NCBI GenBank assembly: GCA_052426225.1
Contig: JBNJNM010000011.1
Location: 1,116,001-1,180,000 of the forward strand
DNA: 64,000 nt
Origin: Zancudomyces culisetae HAW-14-8
Taxonomy: Eukaryota; Fungi; Kickxellomycota
Direction: 5' to 3'
A program made the translations under genes and the position numbers. Below are positions 10,341-20,861 of the stretch, piece by piece; within the stretch, counting starts at the first letter, position 1; each line of letters starts with the position of its first letter. The notes beneath the pieces were generated by a model. The model was not told where the DNA came from and did not search any database. It saw only the letters and a list, made by a program, of their open reading frames with translations.

Positions 10341-11537
10341 ATGAGCGAGAATTATAAAGACAATCCGGAAATCTACAAAGTTTCCGAGCCGTTTCTTTCT
10401 CCACTAACCATCGATATACCACTTGAACATGGAGAATCGGCTGAAATATTAGACGGTAGTTATCAGTCGACAAAAAAAGTGGATAACAATAGCAATAACA
10501 ATCGCAACGAAAATGAAAATGAAAATGAAAACAAAAATGAAAACAATCAATACAGCAGCGAACTTTCTTCTGACCAAAATCTCATAAGGGAATCTATATA
10601 TTCAGTACTACGCGACTCCTTTCTAGTTGTAGACGAAAAAATAGCACAGGTTCAGCTGAGCCAACAGAATCTATACGATACTCTTAAAAACCTAAATGAC
10701 CAATTGCTGATATTTGATGACTGGATTAAACCCTCCTCTGTATCCACTTCTATCCACACTTCTGACTCTGTTTCTGTTTCTGCAGCTGAAGCTGAAGCTG
10801 GACCTTCATCTAAATATCCTTCTTTTGAACAAACCAATACTGCCCATTCTGGTACTACTGGGAATATCGTTGAAGGCGCGCTGAGCAATTTTTTACTAGG
10901 TAGAAACAAAAGTATTGGTCTTGGTAGTGTTGGTGGTATAGATGGAGGAAGTGCAGGTGTTGGTGGAAGTGGAAGTATCTCTAGCCTTGGGAGCATCGGT
11001 AACAACGGTGGAGGAAATACGAGAGATTCTCGATACTTGGGTACATTTGTTTGCGGACATAAACGAAGTGATAGTATCAATAGCACTGCCACCGCTACAA
11101 CGGGCACAATGACACCCACTACAGCAATTTCTCATATACACAACTACTTGAGACCCGGAAGAAGTCGACCGGGCTCTATGAATATTGATTCCAGTATCAT
11201 CATTGATAGTAGCATTGGTACTGATGGTGATGGTGATGGTGGTGGTGATAGACAAACATCGCTACAGAATCGTAACTCGGGTTTTACAAGCACCAACACA
11301 AACACCAATGAACCATTAAAACATCAGTATTGTACTGTTTGTGGGCAAAATTTCAAGAATGCCATTGATGCTGAACTGTATACGCGAAGGTGTGGAATCA
11401 AAATTGCGAGTGAAAAGCTTTATGATTCCAAAATGAAGCTTTTGGGTATTAATCAAACTCTGAGTAGTGTGAGGAAACGGCTTTCGCGGTTGGAAAATTT
11501 GGCTATTTCGAGTATTAACACGAATAATTCAAGCTAA
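10341..11537 (+). CDS. Snapin-like (BLOC-1 subunit) protein with a long low-complexity insertion
   Basis: Two helices resemble Snapin: LVVDEKIAQVQLSQQNLYDTLKNLNDQL and KLYDSKMKLLGINQTLSSVRKRLSRLE. First ATG is at 10341; the ORF track starts at GTG 10311. Confidence 0.7.
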   Translation: MSENYKDNPEIYKVSEPFLSPLTIDIPLEHGESAEILDGSYQSTKKVDNNSNNNRNENENENENKNENNQYSSELSSDQNLIRESIYSVLRDSFLVVDEKIAQVQLSQQNLYDTLKNLNDQLLIFDDWIKPSSVSTSIHTSDSVSVSAAEAEAGPSSKYPSFEQTNTAHSGTTGNIVEGALSNFLLGRNKSIGLGSVGGIDGGSAGVGGSGSISSLGSIGNNGGGNTRDSRYLGTFVCGHKRSDSINSTATATTGTMTPTTAISHIHNYLRPGRSRPGSMNIDSSIIIDSSIGTDGDGDGGGDRQTSLQNRNSGFTSTNTNTNEPLKHQYCTVCGQNFKNAIDAELYTRRCGIKIASEKLYDSKMKLLGINQTLSSVRKRLSRLENLAISSINTNNSS

Positions 11538-11875
11538 AAATATTTAATTGCAGTCTACTAGTAGTTGTAGCAGCAATATTTGTAGTGGTCGTAGTCGTAG
11601 TGGTAGTAACAATATTTGTTTTTTGTAGTTTTTTTTTCTCTTATTCCAACTCTAACTCGGTATATTTTTTTTTCCGTGCATGTATTTTTCTTTTGGTTTT
11701 TATAGAAAATTGAATTAGTTTTATAGATCCAGAAAATATGATCAAATAACCAGATTATGAAAAAATAAAATAAAATAAAATGAAAAATTATTTCTTTTTC
11801 ATTCCCATTCACTGTTGACCAAATTAACACTAAATAATATAATTACCGAATATAGACAGATGTGTTTAGAAAGGA

Positions 11876-14800
11876 ATGGATCACGCAAGAGAAATCTCAA
11901 CGTTGTTTAGGACGCTTCCCGTGACATGTTTGGAATTTATCCCCACCAACCATAATCTCGACCGAAAATTCGAAATTCTGCTAGCGGGTGTTGGTCCAGA
12001 ACTCCGCATCTTTGATTTAGCAAGCAAACCAACACACTTTACATCTTTAAAACTTTTACAAGCCCAACGGATTTATGGGATTCGATTCTTTGGTATCCCC
12101 CAACTAGAAAACCAAATATATTACCAAGATATTGCGGTATTTGGAGGTAGACAATATCAGGTTTTGCGTTTGGCTTGGAGGGTTGATGTTGATGTTGATG
12201 TTGGTGTTGGTGTTGGTGTTGGTGTTGATGCAGGAACGGAAAGGAACAGGTATACATTTACGATAAAAAGTGGGCATAGTACAAGTCCACCAGAATCGAC
12301 GGTGGATTCAGGACTTGTAAAATTCGGTTCTGACTGGATTTTCGATTTGAAATATATTCACAATCACGGAAATAAGGCTAGCCACCTGGTTCTGGCATAT
12401 GCGCACAATTATGTGGAAGTTGTATCACTTGAAACATTTGAGGTACTGACCCGCTTCCAAAACTCTGTAAAATGTAATTTATATTGCGCAACAATTCGCG
12501 GTGAAACGTTGGACAACCTAACAATTGCATCTGGAACCTGTTTTAACCAGGTAATCCTGTGGGAGATCAACGCGAATATTGCAAAAAATTCAAAAAAAAT
12601 TGAGCTAGAACCTTCAAGAACGTTGTTGGGCCACGAAGGGGTGATCTTTGGTATCACTTTTAGTCAAGATGGATCTCGGTTGGTTTCCACAAGCGATGAT
12701 AGGACTATTAGAGTGTGGGATATATCCGATACCCAAAGCGGAAAATATGTTTGCTGTGCTGTTTTGTATGGGCATAGAGCTCGGGTTTGGAAAGCCATTC
12801 TTTCTGATGAGTATTTGATAAGCATTTCGGAGGATTGCAGCTGCAGGGTTTGGCTAGCAGTATCTGATGAGGCTTCAAAAGTTGAATATGTTCCTATTGC
12901 AAACTATTCTAATGGTCATTTTGGTAAAAATATTTGGTCAATGGCAATACTAAACACCGAACATGATTTGCTATCGAATGGGGACATCAAAACGCGGAAA
13001 AAATGTATAGTTGCTACTGGAGGAGAAGATGGTGGCATAAAGTTATGGCCATTAGGTGAAATTTCAAATCGATATATTATTGATGAAGAAAAATTAGAAA
13101 AACTCGAGCTAGGGAATCTGCAGTACAGCTCGTCATTGAGTAATATCTTGGTCTCAGAACGATTCGAGTTTCCACACTCAACCGATAACATACGAAACTT
13201 TGTACGTGTTGGAAAACAAAGGCTACTGGTTTTGACTGATCAAGGCTTTTTGTTTCACTACAATGAACAAACTAACAGTTGTAGTGATGACTTGGCACAC
13301 TATAAAAAGTTTTATAGATATGGTGTCATGTCTGCTTCAGATTGTGGAAAGGTTGTTGCAATCGGATGTCTAGATGGAGAAATAAACCTAATTGTGGATA
13401 ACAAAATACAATTTCTGCGAACTCACCATGTAAACGCACATTTGGGAACTCAGATAAGGTTCCTCAAGATCTTTACCAGTAAAAAACGAGAGAATACTTT
13501 TTTGTTGGTTTCAGTTGATGTCAAGGAGAATGTCGTTTTGAGTACGCTAGCTTTGTCGAAAACAAAGTCCATCACTACTACAAATATGTCTCAGCTATTA
13601 TTGCCGAAATTTTCAAAGTTTTCAACAATTGATATTAATGAAAAGTTTGACCTATTAAGCGTTGGTACTGTAAATGGTGCTTTACTCATATTCCACTGCG
13701 ATTCATCTTTTAGATTTAACAATTTAGATAATGATACAAGTAAAATCCATCCGGTAATTAATTGGAGGAGGGTTCACGGAAACTATAATCTTTCAGCGCT
13801 CAAATTCACCGAATCTAGCCAAAACACAGCATTACCTGATATTGACAGTATGACTTGTGAATTATACACTGGTGGCAGAGATGGAATGGTAAACAAGTTC
13901 AGAATTACGATAGCAAACACCGATAGCAATGTTGCACACGAATTGCATAATCTTAGTCTTGGTGATTCGAACGAACCTAAACTGGTGATTTCCGGTAAAC
14001 ATCATACGGAAACGGTCGTTATTGACCGCCATGACAACACGACTACTGGAACTTGTCAGTTAAAAGTTATGTCTATTGAGCAACTTCCTAGTCTAAAAGT
14101 TACCAGCGGATGGGTCGAGAAAATAACTAGCACTACTCACCTGTATTGCTGCTGCTTTTATAAAGGAAACTTTTCCGTCTATAACATGAATAAGCAAGTT
14201 GAAATCTTCTCCATAAAATGCGGAGGTGGTCATCGTAGATGGGAACTGTTCAGTAGTGACGAACTAGACCACATATTCTCGTTTGTCAGAAAAAATGATA
14301 TATTCACATTTAGATACTCTGATCAAAGCAGTAGCATCGGTATTGAAAGCAGCATCGTGCAAAACAGTCTGCTGGGCAAGGAAATCCGCAGCTCTTGTAT
14401 TACATCTGCTTTATCGGAAAACAAGTTTGTGGTTGCCTGCGGTGGTGAAGAAGGGATATTAGCCCTTGCCACAGTTGATCGCTCTGATATTATGCGAGGT
14501 AACTTTGCAATTAGAGATATGCATACCACCGATTCCGGGTATCCGAGTGCCTCTCCGATTTCATTAAATTCATTTATACCTAAAATACACAAAAAGTGCC
14601 ACACTTCTGTCATCAAAAACTTGTGTTGGTTGGACCCAAAGATCCCCGGAACAAATTTCCAGTACCTGCTATCAGCAGGAGGCAGTGAAGAACTCTATTG
14701 TTGGAAAGTATCAGCAGATACAAAATCACTGGATGGAGATTACGCTGATACTCTCGACCTGAATTGCCATTTGGTTTCAAAATGCCCTATAATTTCCTCA

Positions 14801-15649
14801 TCAGAAAGCATTAGAATCACCAGCATAACAACATTTACAATTAATGTTTCTTCGGCTAGTGAGTGTTTTATTGCTTGTGGGTACTCTGATGGGTTTGTCA
14901 GACTTTGGCATCTTGAACTAAATAGTGGTGTCTCAAACGACCAGAAAAACAGATTCAGCCTTATCTCTACATTTTTTAATACCAATTGCGTCTTATCCAT
15001 TGCCAACATGGTCCTAAAAAACAATAATCCAAGCATTAACCAACCCAAGATTTTTATTTTCTTTGGTGATACACTTGGCCGCATCAAGGTTGTAGATGCA
15101 AGCAAAGCTATACAGAGATATATTTCTAATTTTTCAAATGGTTTCGCAAATTCTCAAGAAATTGCGCGGAGCCCTCAAGAGGATCTTCCAATTGTTTACA
15201 ATATCGATCAGGTAGTCCAGAACGGAGTAAATGATATTGATGTACATTTGCTGACGCATCTTTCAAAAATATCTGTTGCCCTCGCTGTTGCGGGTGAAGA
15301 TGACAGCGTCAATTTTTTGGTTCTCTCAATCAACGATGCTGAAGTCAAACCCCTATTTTCCCACAAAGTGCCAAATGCCCACTTTTCATCTGTTCAAAGG
15401 CTCAAATTCGTATCCACAGGCAATCAGCTCTTGGCCATTTCTGTGGCTACTGATCAGCGCGTTGTCCTTTGGCGCCTAGCCATACATCAAAGTCACATGG
15501 ATGTCATCAAAAATCATGGCACTTTTAATACTATAATATCAGATCCTTCGGATATGTTTTTAATCAAAAACACTGGTGAAGACTCGTGTTGTGGTGTAGT
15601 TGTGGGTATAGGTTTAGAACTGTTTGAATTTTCCAAAACTTTACTTTAG
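11876..15649 (+). CDS. WDR6: WD40-repeat protein WDR6/Trm734 (Rtt10), partner of the tRNA 2'-O-methyltransferase Trm7
   Basis: 1257 aa. Motifs LPVTCLEF, IASGTCFNQVILW, GHEGVIFGITFS, SDDRTIRVW, GHRARVW, GHFGKNIWS, CGGGHRRW and TDQRVVLW are characteristic of WDR6/Trm734. Confidence 0.88.
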   Translation: MDHAREISTLFRTLPVTCLEFIPTNHNLDRKFEILLAGVGPELRIFDLASKPTHFTSLKLLQAQRIYGIRFFGIPQLENQIYYQDIAVFGGRQYQVLRLAWRVDVDVDVGVGVGVGVDAGTERNRYTFTIKSGHSTSPPESTVDSGLVKFGSDWIFDLKYIHNHGNKASHLVLAYAHNYVEVVSLETFEVLTRFQNSVKCNLYCATIRGETLDNLTIASGTCFNQVILWEINANIAKNSKKIELEPSRTLLGHEGVIFGITFSQDGSRLVSTSDDRTIRVWDISDTQSGKYVCCAVLYGHRARVWKAILSDEYLISISEDCSCRVWLAVSDEASKVEYVPIANYSNGHFGKNIWSMAILNTEHDLLSNGDIKTRKKCIVATGGEDGGIKLWPLGEISNRYIIDEEKLEKLELGNLQYSSSLSNILVSERFEFPHSTDNIRNFVRVGKQRLLVLTDQGFLFHYNEQTNSCSDDLAHYKKFYRYGVMSASDCGKVVAIGCLDGEINLIVDNKIQFLRTHHVNAHLGTQIRFLKIFTSKKRENTFLLVSVDVKENVVLSTLALSKTKSITTTNMSQLLLPKFSKFSTIDINEKFDLLSVGTVNGALLIFHCDSSFRFNNLDNDTSKIHPVINWRRVHGNYNLSALKFTESSQNTALPDIDSMTCELYTGGRDGMVNKFRITIANTDSNVAHELHNLSLGDSNEPKLVISGKHHTETVVIDRHDNTTTGTCQLKVMSIEQLPSLKVTSGWVEKITSTTHLYCCCFYKGNFSVYNMNKQVEIFSIKCGGGHRRWELFSSDELDHIFSFVRKNDIFTFRYSDQSSSIGIESSIVQNSLLGKEIRSSCITSALSENKFVVACGGEEGILALATVDRSDIMRGNFAIRDMHTTDSGYPSASPISLNSFIPKIHKKCHTSVIKNLCWLDPKIPGTNFQYLLSAGGSEELYCWKVSADTKSLDGDYADTLDLNCHLVSKCPIISSSESIRITSITTFTINVSSASECFIACGYSDGFVRLWHLELNSGVSNDQKNRFSLISTFFNTNCVLSIANMVLKNNNPSINQPKIFIFFGDTLGRIKVVDASKAIQRYISNFSNGFANSQEIARSPQEDLPIVYNIDQVVQNGVNDIDVHLLTHLSKISVALAVAGEDDSVNFLVLSINDAEVKPLFSHKVPNAHFSSVQRLKFVSTGNQLLAISVATDQRVVLWRLAIHQSHMDVIKNHGTFNTIISDPSDMFLIKNTGEDSCCGVVVGIGLELFEFSKTLL

Positions 15650-15823
15650 TATCGGCATTTGTATCGGCATTGGTATATGTGTTTGTATATGTGTTTGTAC
15701 ATACTACTGAAATAGATTTTCTAATGAAACCCGTTATTACTATATTATACAAACCTTTAATTTATTTTCAAATCAGAAGCGAACAAATTGTCAGTGTTTG
15801 AGAATAAGTGTGAATCTTTAATA
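15200..15823 (+). repeat. Direct repeat, left copy: last 450 nt of WDR6 CDS plus ~170 nt of 3' flank
   Basis: Near-identical to 22391-23003 by direct comparison. Confidence 0.97.
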
Positions 15824-16049
15824 TTATATTTTTATTCACCACCTTTGGACAAATATATTTGTGAATAGTAAAGATATTTACTCTTTTTTTAAAAAGTCCA
15901 ATAACTTTTCCAAAACAATCAATAAAAAACTAAAATCATTTGAATGATATGGTGGCATTTTTCAACGAACATTTCTTACAATAGCTTGCTCTTTTTTCAA
16001 AAAAAATAGATTTTTAAAGTTATCTGTATGTGTAATGATTTATTAAAAA

Positions 16050-16272
16050 GTATGTGTGGGATAGCGTCGGACGAGACTAGACTCGTACCCGCCAATTTTT
16101 GGGCTTATCTTCTACAAGAAAGCTTGTTCAGCAGGATTCTGGAATGGGTCATGTGATTCTTTAGGGTTCACATCCATGTTAGTGATCTTCGATCGATCAC
16201 CTTCGGATGAATAGTGAACCTTTATCCTGTGATTGCCGAATCCACGCGGTTCTTAGTTTGCACATAAGACCT
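16050..16272 (+). ncRNA. Candidate structured ncRNA with an Sm-type site (family unassigned)
   Basis: GC-richer patch in AT-rich DNA with four hairpins found by eye, AATTTTTGG at 16094-16102 between two hairpins, and a TTGCAC terminal loop. G-U pairs favour the + strand. Confidence 0.5.
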
Positions 16273-17536
16273 GAAATGTTTTGTTTGAGATTTTAATGAT
16301 TTTTTTATAATTCTTTACTTTGCTGTAACAATAATTTTATATTTGATGTCTTTAAAACTCACCTTGCTTTCAATTATATATGTTCAATATTCCTTTATTT
16401 CCTTGTAATATTTTATAATACTTACCATTAAAAGAAATACTGGGCTTTCTTTTATTATATTAATTTAGTACTTACTAATTATTTGTATCACCTATTTGTT
16501 TGCGATAATGCTGTTTTGTTATTCTGAAATTTACTGTTCCATACCTGTTTTTATTAATAAACCTGATGATATAATCTTAGTTGTAAACTCTAATTTTGTT
16601 GATATACAATTTTATGACTTTATTACTTTTTAGTTCAATACTTTTGCTCAAGCTCATAATTGAAATTCATGATGATATTTTTTCATCGAGAATATAATAT
16701 TTAAAGTTAGTTCTGTTGTTGGTTATAGTATTTTTCAAAGATTTCTTGTTTCCCATTTACTTAGTTTCTTAGGATCCTAAAAGCCAGTTTCAACCGACAA
16801 GGGCATATGCACACATTTTGTGAATAAGAATGTATAAACATTTATGGTTAGGCTGGACTGAGTCTAAAATTTGTTATCTTGTTACCAGATTTTTGATAGT
16901 ATTCGAAACATCCAGATCATACCTCTTGGCTTTTCAATGCATTATTATGACTTGTTTATTTAAATACTCTGAACTTAATTTAGAAAAAGAGCAACGATTG
17001 AAGGAAAATGGTTTAAACAGAATGATTGTGAAGCCCTAGACTTATTTAGAAAAAAATATAGGATAATCTCAACAAATTTTCTATCGGTTGCAGTTAGCAC
17101 TGTCATTAGTCTGGTTTATGAAACGTCTAGAGGGTATCTTCAGTATATCCATTAAAAGTTCGAGAATATATTATTAACTTTAATGGCATTTAAACAAATA
17201 ATATTAAACATTTCAATCGTAATTTATACAAGGATAAAAAAGTTTAAAAATTAATTATGAAAGCCATGAAATAGTCTAACTGAACGATCTAGAATTATGA
17301 TCAATTAGATATCTATGTTTAGTCTTGTCCATCACTTGTATATCCAATGATTAACATTATTATTGTATGTTATTATATATTAAGAACCTAGACAACTCTA
17401 CAAATAGCCATCGCTAATTCTACAAAATAGGCCTGCTGGAAGCATAATAGCAATTATAACATTTGAAGAACATACACAATACTAAAGCTAAAAATGTGTT
17501 TATTTTAATTTGGCTAGAGGAAAAATTTTCTATTCT

Positions 17537-17645
17537 AAAAGTATTTAAGCACGGCCTATTTCGAGATTACAACAAATATACATTGAATTCCCTTAAATTT
17601 CAAAAACCCAAATTAGATTAGAGTAAAAGAAAGAAAACCCTCAAA
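17537..17645 (+). promoter_or_regulatory. Conserved core promoter/5' UTR of secreted-protein paralogue 1 (TATA-like TATTTAA)
   Basis: Closely matches 20752-20861, starting at the TATA-like element and running to the ATG. Confidence 0.6.
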
Positions 17646-18119
17646 ATGATCAAGGCAACAATCCTCAGCACATTAGCTCTTAGCTCTACACTAGCTTACA
17701 GCGTACAGAATGCTAAAAATCAAACCGTACAAGCATCAGGTGAAAAAAGTCTTTCAGATTCCAAGTTTAATAACATGTATTGTGGATGCAGGTACGGACA
17801 TGGACACGGATATGGACATGGACACGGACACGGACACGGAAGGCTGAACCTTGATTTATTTTCAGATGTTAACTTTACCTGTCGTATAGGAACTTTCCAT
17901 CCCATACCAAACAAATGCTACACAGGGCCTAAGTTTGCCGCTTTTACACTGAGTGGTGTGAAGCCTCACAATTATTCTCTTATGTTTTGTAGTAAGCCTG
18001 GTTGTAGAGGTAGATGCATTCATGGGGTTAGAAAATATGGAAGGCGTTATAATCTAAGATATGGTTTGATGGGTGGCTATGCTTCTTCTTACAAGTGGGT
18101 TATTCCTTTCAATGGTTAA
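17646..18119 (+). CDS. Small secreted Cys-rich basic protein with a His-Gly repeat (effector/antimicrobial-like; possible beta/gamma-crystallin-like fold)
   Basis: Signal peptide MIKATILSTLALSSTLA, YGHGHGYGHGHGHGHG tract, and a Cys pattern shared with the paralogue at 20862. Confidence 0.85.
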   Translation: MIKATILSTLALSSTLAYSVQNAKNQTVQASGEKSLSDSKFNNMYCGCRYGHGHGYGHGHGHGHGRLNLDLFSDVNFTCRIGTFHPIPNKCYTGPKFAAFTLSGVKPHNYSLMFCSKPGCRGRCIHGVRKYGRRYNLRYGLMGGYASSYKWVIPFNG

Positions 18120-20751
18120 TCATACCAGTTTAGTGTATTTCTTTATTAGATGTTTGAATAGCTGAATAAATATAAAATTATTCCATTTGAGTTCAAATGT
18201 ATTTTAAATAAATTATTCACAGACCAATACCGTTATATAACAGCTTATCTTCAGTTTTTTAACAGTGGTATTACTGTGGTTACTCCTAGAGATTGTTTGT
18301 TATTGATAGCATTAATATTAATATTATCATCCTGTCTTCATTTTAATTCCTAAACATATAATATGGAAGGATGAACTTGAACTTATTATTTTTATCATAA
18401 ATCTCTTCTATAATATTTGCACCATATTTAATGGAGTCAGTGGATACATTATTACATTAAATTGGATAAACTTAATATTTGATTCTACAGAATCGAAAAG
18501 TATATAAAGGTATATGTAAAAAAAATTAGCTAGAGGCTTTCCGTTGTATACGCACTACACTAAATATAATGTGGAGAATAAACGCTGATTTTAATAATAT
18601 CCACAAAGTACCTTTCATTCAAAGTATGATTAATCTTCAGAATGAGGGTTAAGTTTTCAATTTTCAAGTTGATATCACTATATAAATTAAGTTCAATTTC
18701 GCATTAATTCATAATTATATTGAAGGCTTTAATTACAACGTGCATCATTGTCCGCTTTAAGATGTGTTTAAAATAGTAAAATATTGGAGTTGTATTCGTC
18801 AATTCAAAATATCCAAAAGGCTAAAACTAAATCCAATTATAAAAACAAGTATCAAGAAAAGTATGATGATGTCTTTATAAAGAAGAATTCTTACAATGTT
18901 AATAGCTTTTCCCACAATTAAGTTTTTTTTCTTTGTCTAGAACACTTAATATATATTAATCAAAGTATTAACAGTCATCGAAAATATACAGATCGTTTAT
19001 TCTAATGACAATAAACCTAATTTTTTATAACCAAATAACTTTATGAAATATAAACTACTACGGATCACGTTGACAAATACCGAAAAGGATCTTTAATAAG
19101 CATACCATCTAGCTTTCATAAAGATAGTAGATAATTAGTCTTCAATATTCACTAAAATTTAGAATACTCTATTCAATCCATAAAAAAAAGTAATAACTTC
19201 CAAGCCATCAAACATGGAACACTGAATCAGTTTTAGCTTGAACCCACTTTGGACTCGTCGGGATGCAAAAGCAGGATCAATAAGAAAACACCAATCTAAA
19301 CATATAGTTAATTCGACATATGTAACTATGTGGGTCTATGGGGCTACCACAACATTCAACACTAAATCACAGGTATTTCGACAACGAACATTTACTTTCA
19401 ACTGAGTAGGCCCTGAATTCAAATATAATTCAACTCGGTCTATAAATCAAATTAATAATTTTTACCATTGCAACGACACTTGTACATAACCATTATTATG
19501 TTTTTTTGGTTTTGCACTTTCAATAAAGTACCAAAATATATTTGAATTATTATTTAAATGGCTGCAATAAAAACACTGCAGAATACATTATAAAAGGTAA
19601 AGAGTAAAGAGAATGATGTTGATATTAGTATTCAAACATTTACCATAGATTTTTCTAGCTAGTTTGTTTACATGCGTTTGGTCTACAAACATACACTAAT
19701 TGATATGATAAGAAATGATAAGATGGTTTTAATGCGTTGAGAAGTCAATGTATAAAACAACTATATGATTTTAACTGAGTTGAAGTGTTTGTGTGCTCAA
19801 ATAAAGTTGTACATTAACTCGTTTAAACATAGTGTATTCTACGCATGAAAAGCTCGACTTATATTTTACATAAACCAGTTTTTTCTCACCTTCATTGTTC
19901 GAAATGTAACAGTGTTACAAATACACCACGTTCCTCGTACCTATTCATGTTACCAACCATGAGAGTCTCGAAGGATTTTATTAACAATAATTTATTTTTA
20001 TTTTTTGAATACAACAATTTCATAAACAATTTTTTGTGGTTTTCAAACAAATAATAAGCAAAAAATATATTAGTCAGCTGAGCCGAGCCTTAAGAGTAGA
20101 AGTTTATTGGCCTAGAAAATTATGCTATATATTATTATAAAAATTATTGTATTATTTAAACACATCTAGATCAACAACATCAACCTTGTCTAGTATTGTG
20201 TATATCTTAAAGTTGACTTGCACAGTAAACTTCAAAATAGCCGAGATGCAATAATAGAAAAACAGTTATGTTAACTATGTAAATTAAAATTTTAGACATT
20301 TGCCAATAAGAAAAACATATTGCCCTTGCGAATTCACTTGTCTTTACTGTAAAGCTGTCCGGATTATTTTTAATTTAATAATTTCAAAAATGAACGTTTA
20401 AAATATGAAAAACGAGTGTTTTTGTAGTTACTGAATTATATGTCCAGATATAGACTAGAAATGGATACATTTTTTCCACGAATGAATAATTAAACTCTTT
20501 TTCGGAGATACAACAAAAACTAACTTAGCATGATCTAGAATGAAAACCAGTAAATAATTTATTTAATGACACGTTCATATTATAAAAATATGAAAATCTA
20601 GATACCTTATGTAATTAATTTGGACTATGAAGTTAATTGCAACTTTAGTAGAATAATAATGATATAAACAATTTTACAATTACCAGTTTCAATACCAGTG
20701 TGTCAACACGTTTATATAGTGGTATAATTTTAAACAAATCCCTAACCTGTG

Positions 20752-20861
20752 AAAAGTATAAAAGGCACGACCCATTTCGACATTACAACAAACATACATT
20801 GAATTCTCTTAAATTTCAAAAACCTAAATTAGATTAGAGTAAAAGAAAGAAAACCCTCAAA
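20752..20861 (+). promoter_or_regulatory. Conserved core promoter/5' UTR of secreted-protein paralogue 2 (TATAAAA)
   Basis: TATAAAA about 100 nt upstream of the ATG; closely matches 17537-17645. Confidence 0.6.

Noticed and set aside
16160-16168. TTTAGGGTT (AACCCTAAA on the minus strand) as a telomerase template
   Set aside because: It lies on the strand opposite the Sm site and within a predicted stem; a single 9-mer is insufficient.
16418-16426. ATACTTACC, resembling the U1 snRNA 5' end
   Set aside because: Not followed by TGG or U1 stem-loops; more likely chance or a minus-strand donor (GGTAAGTAT).
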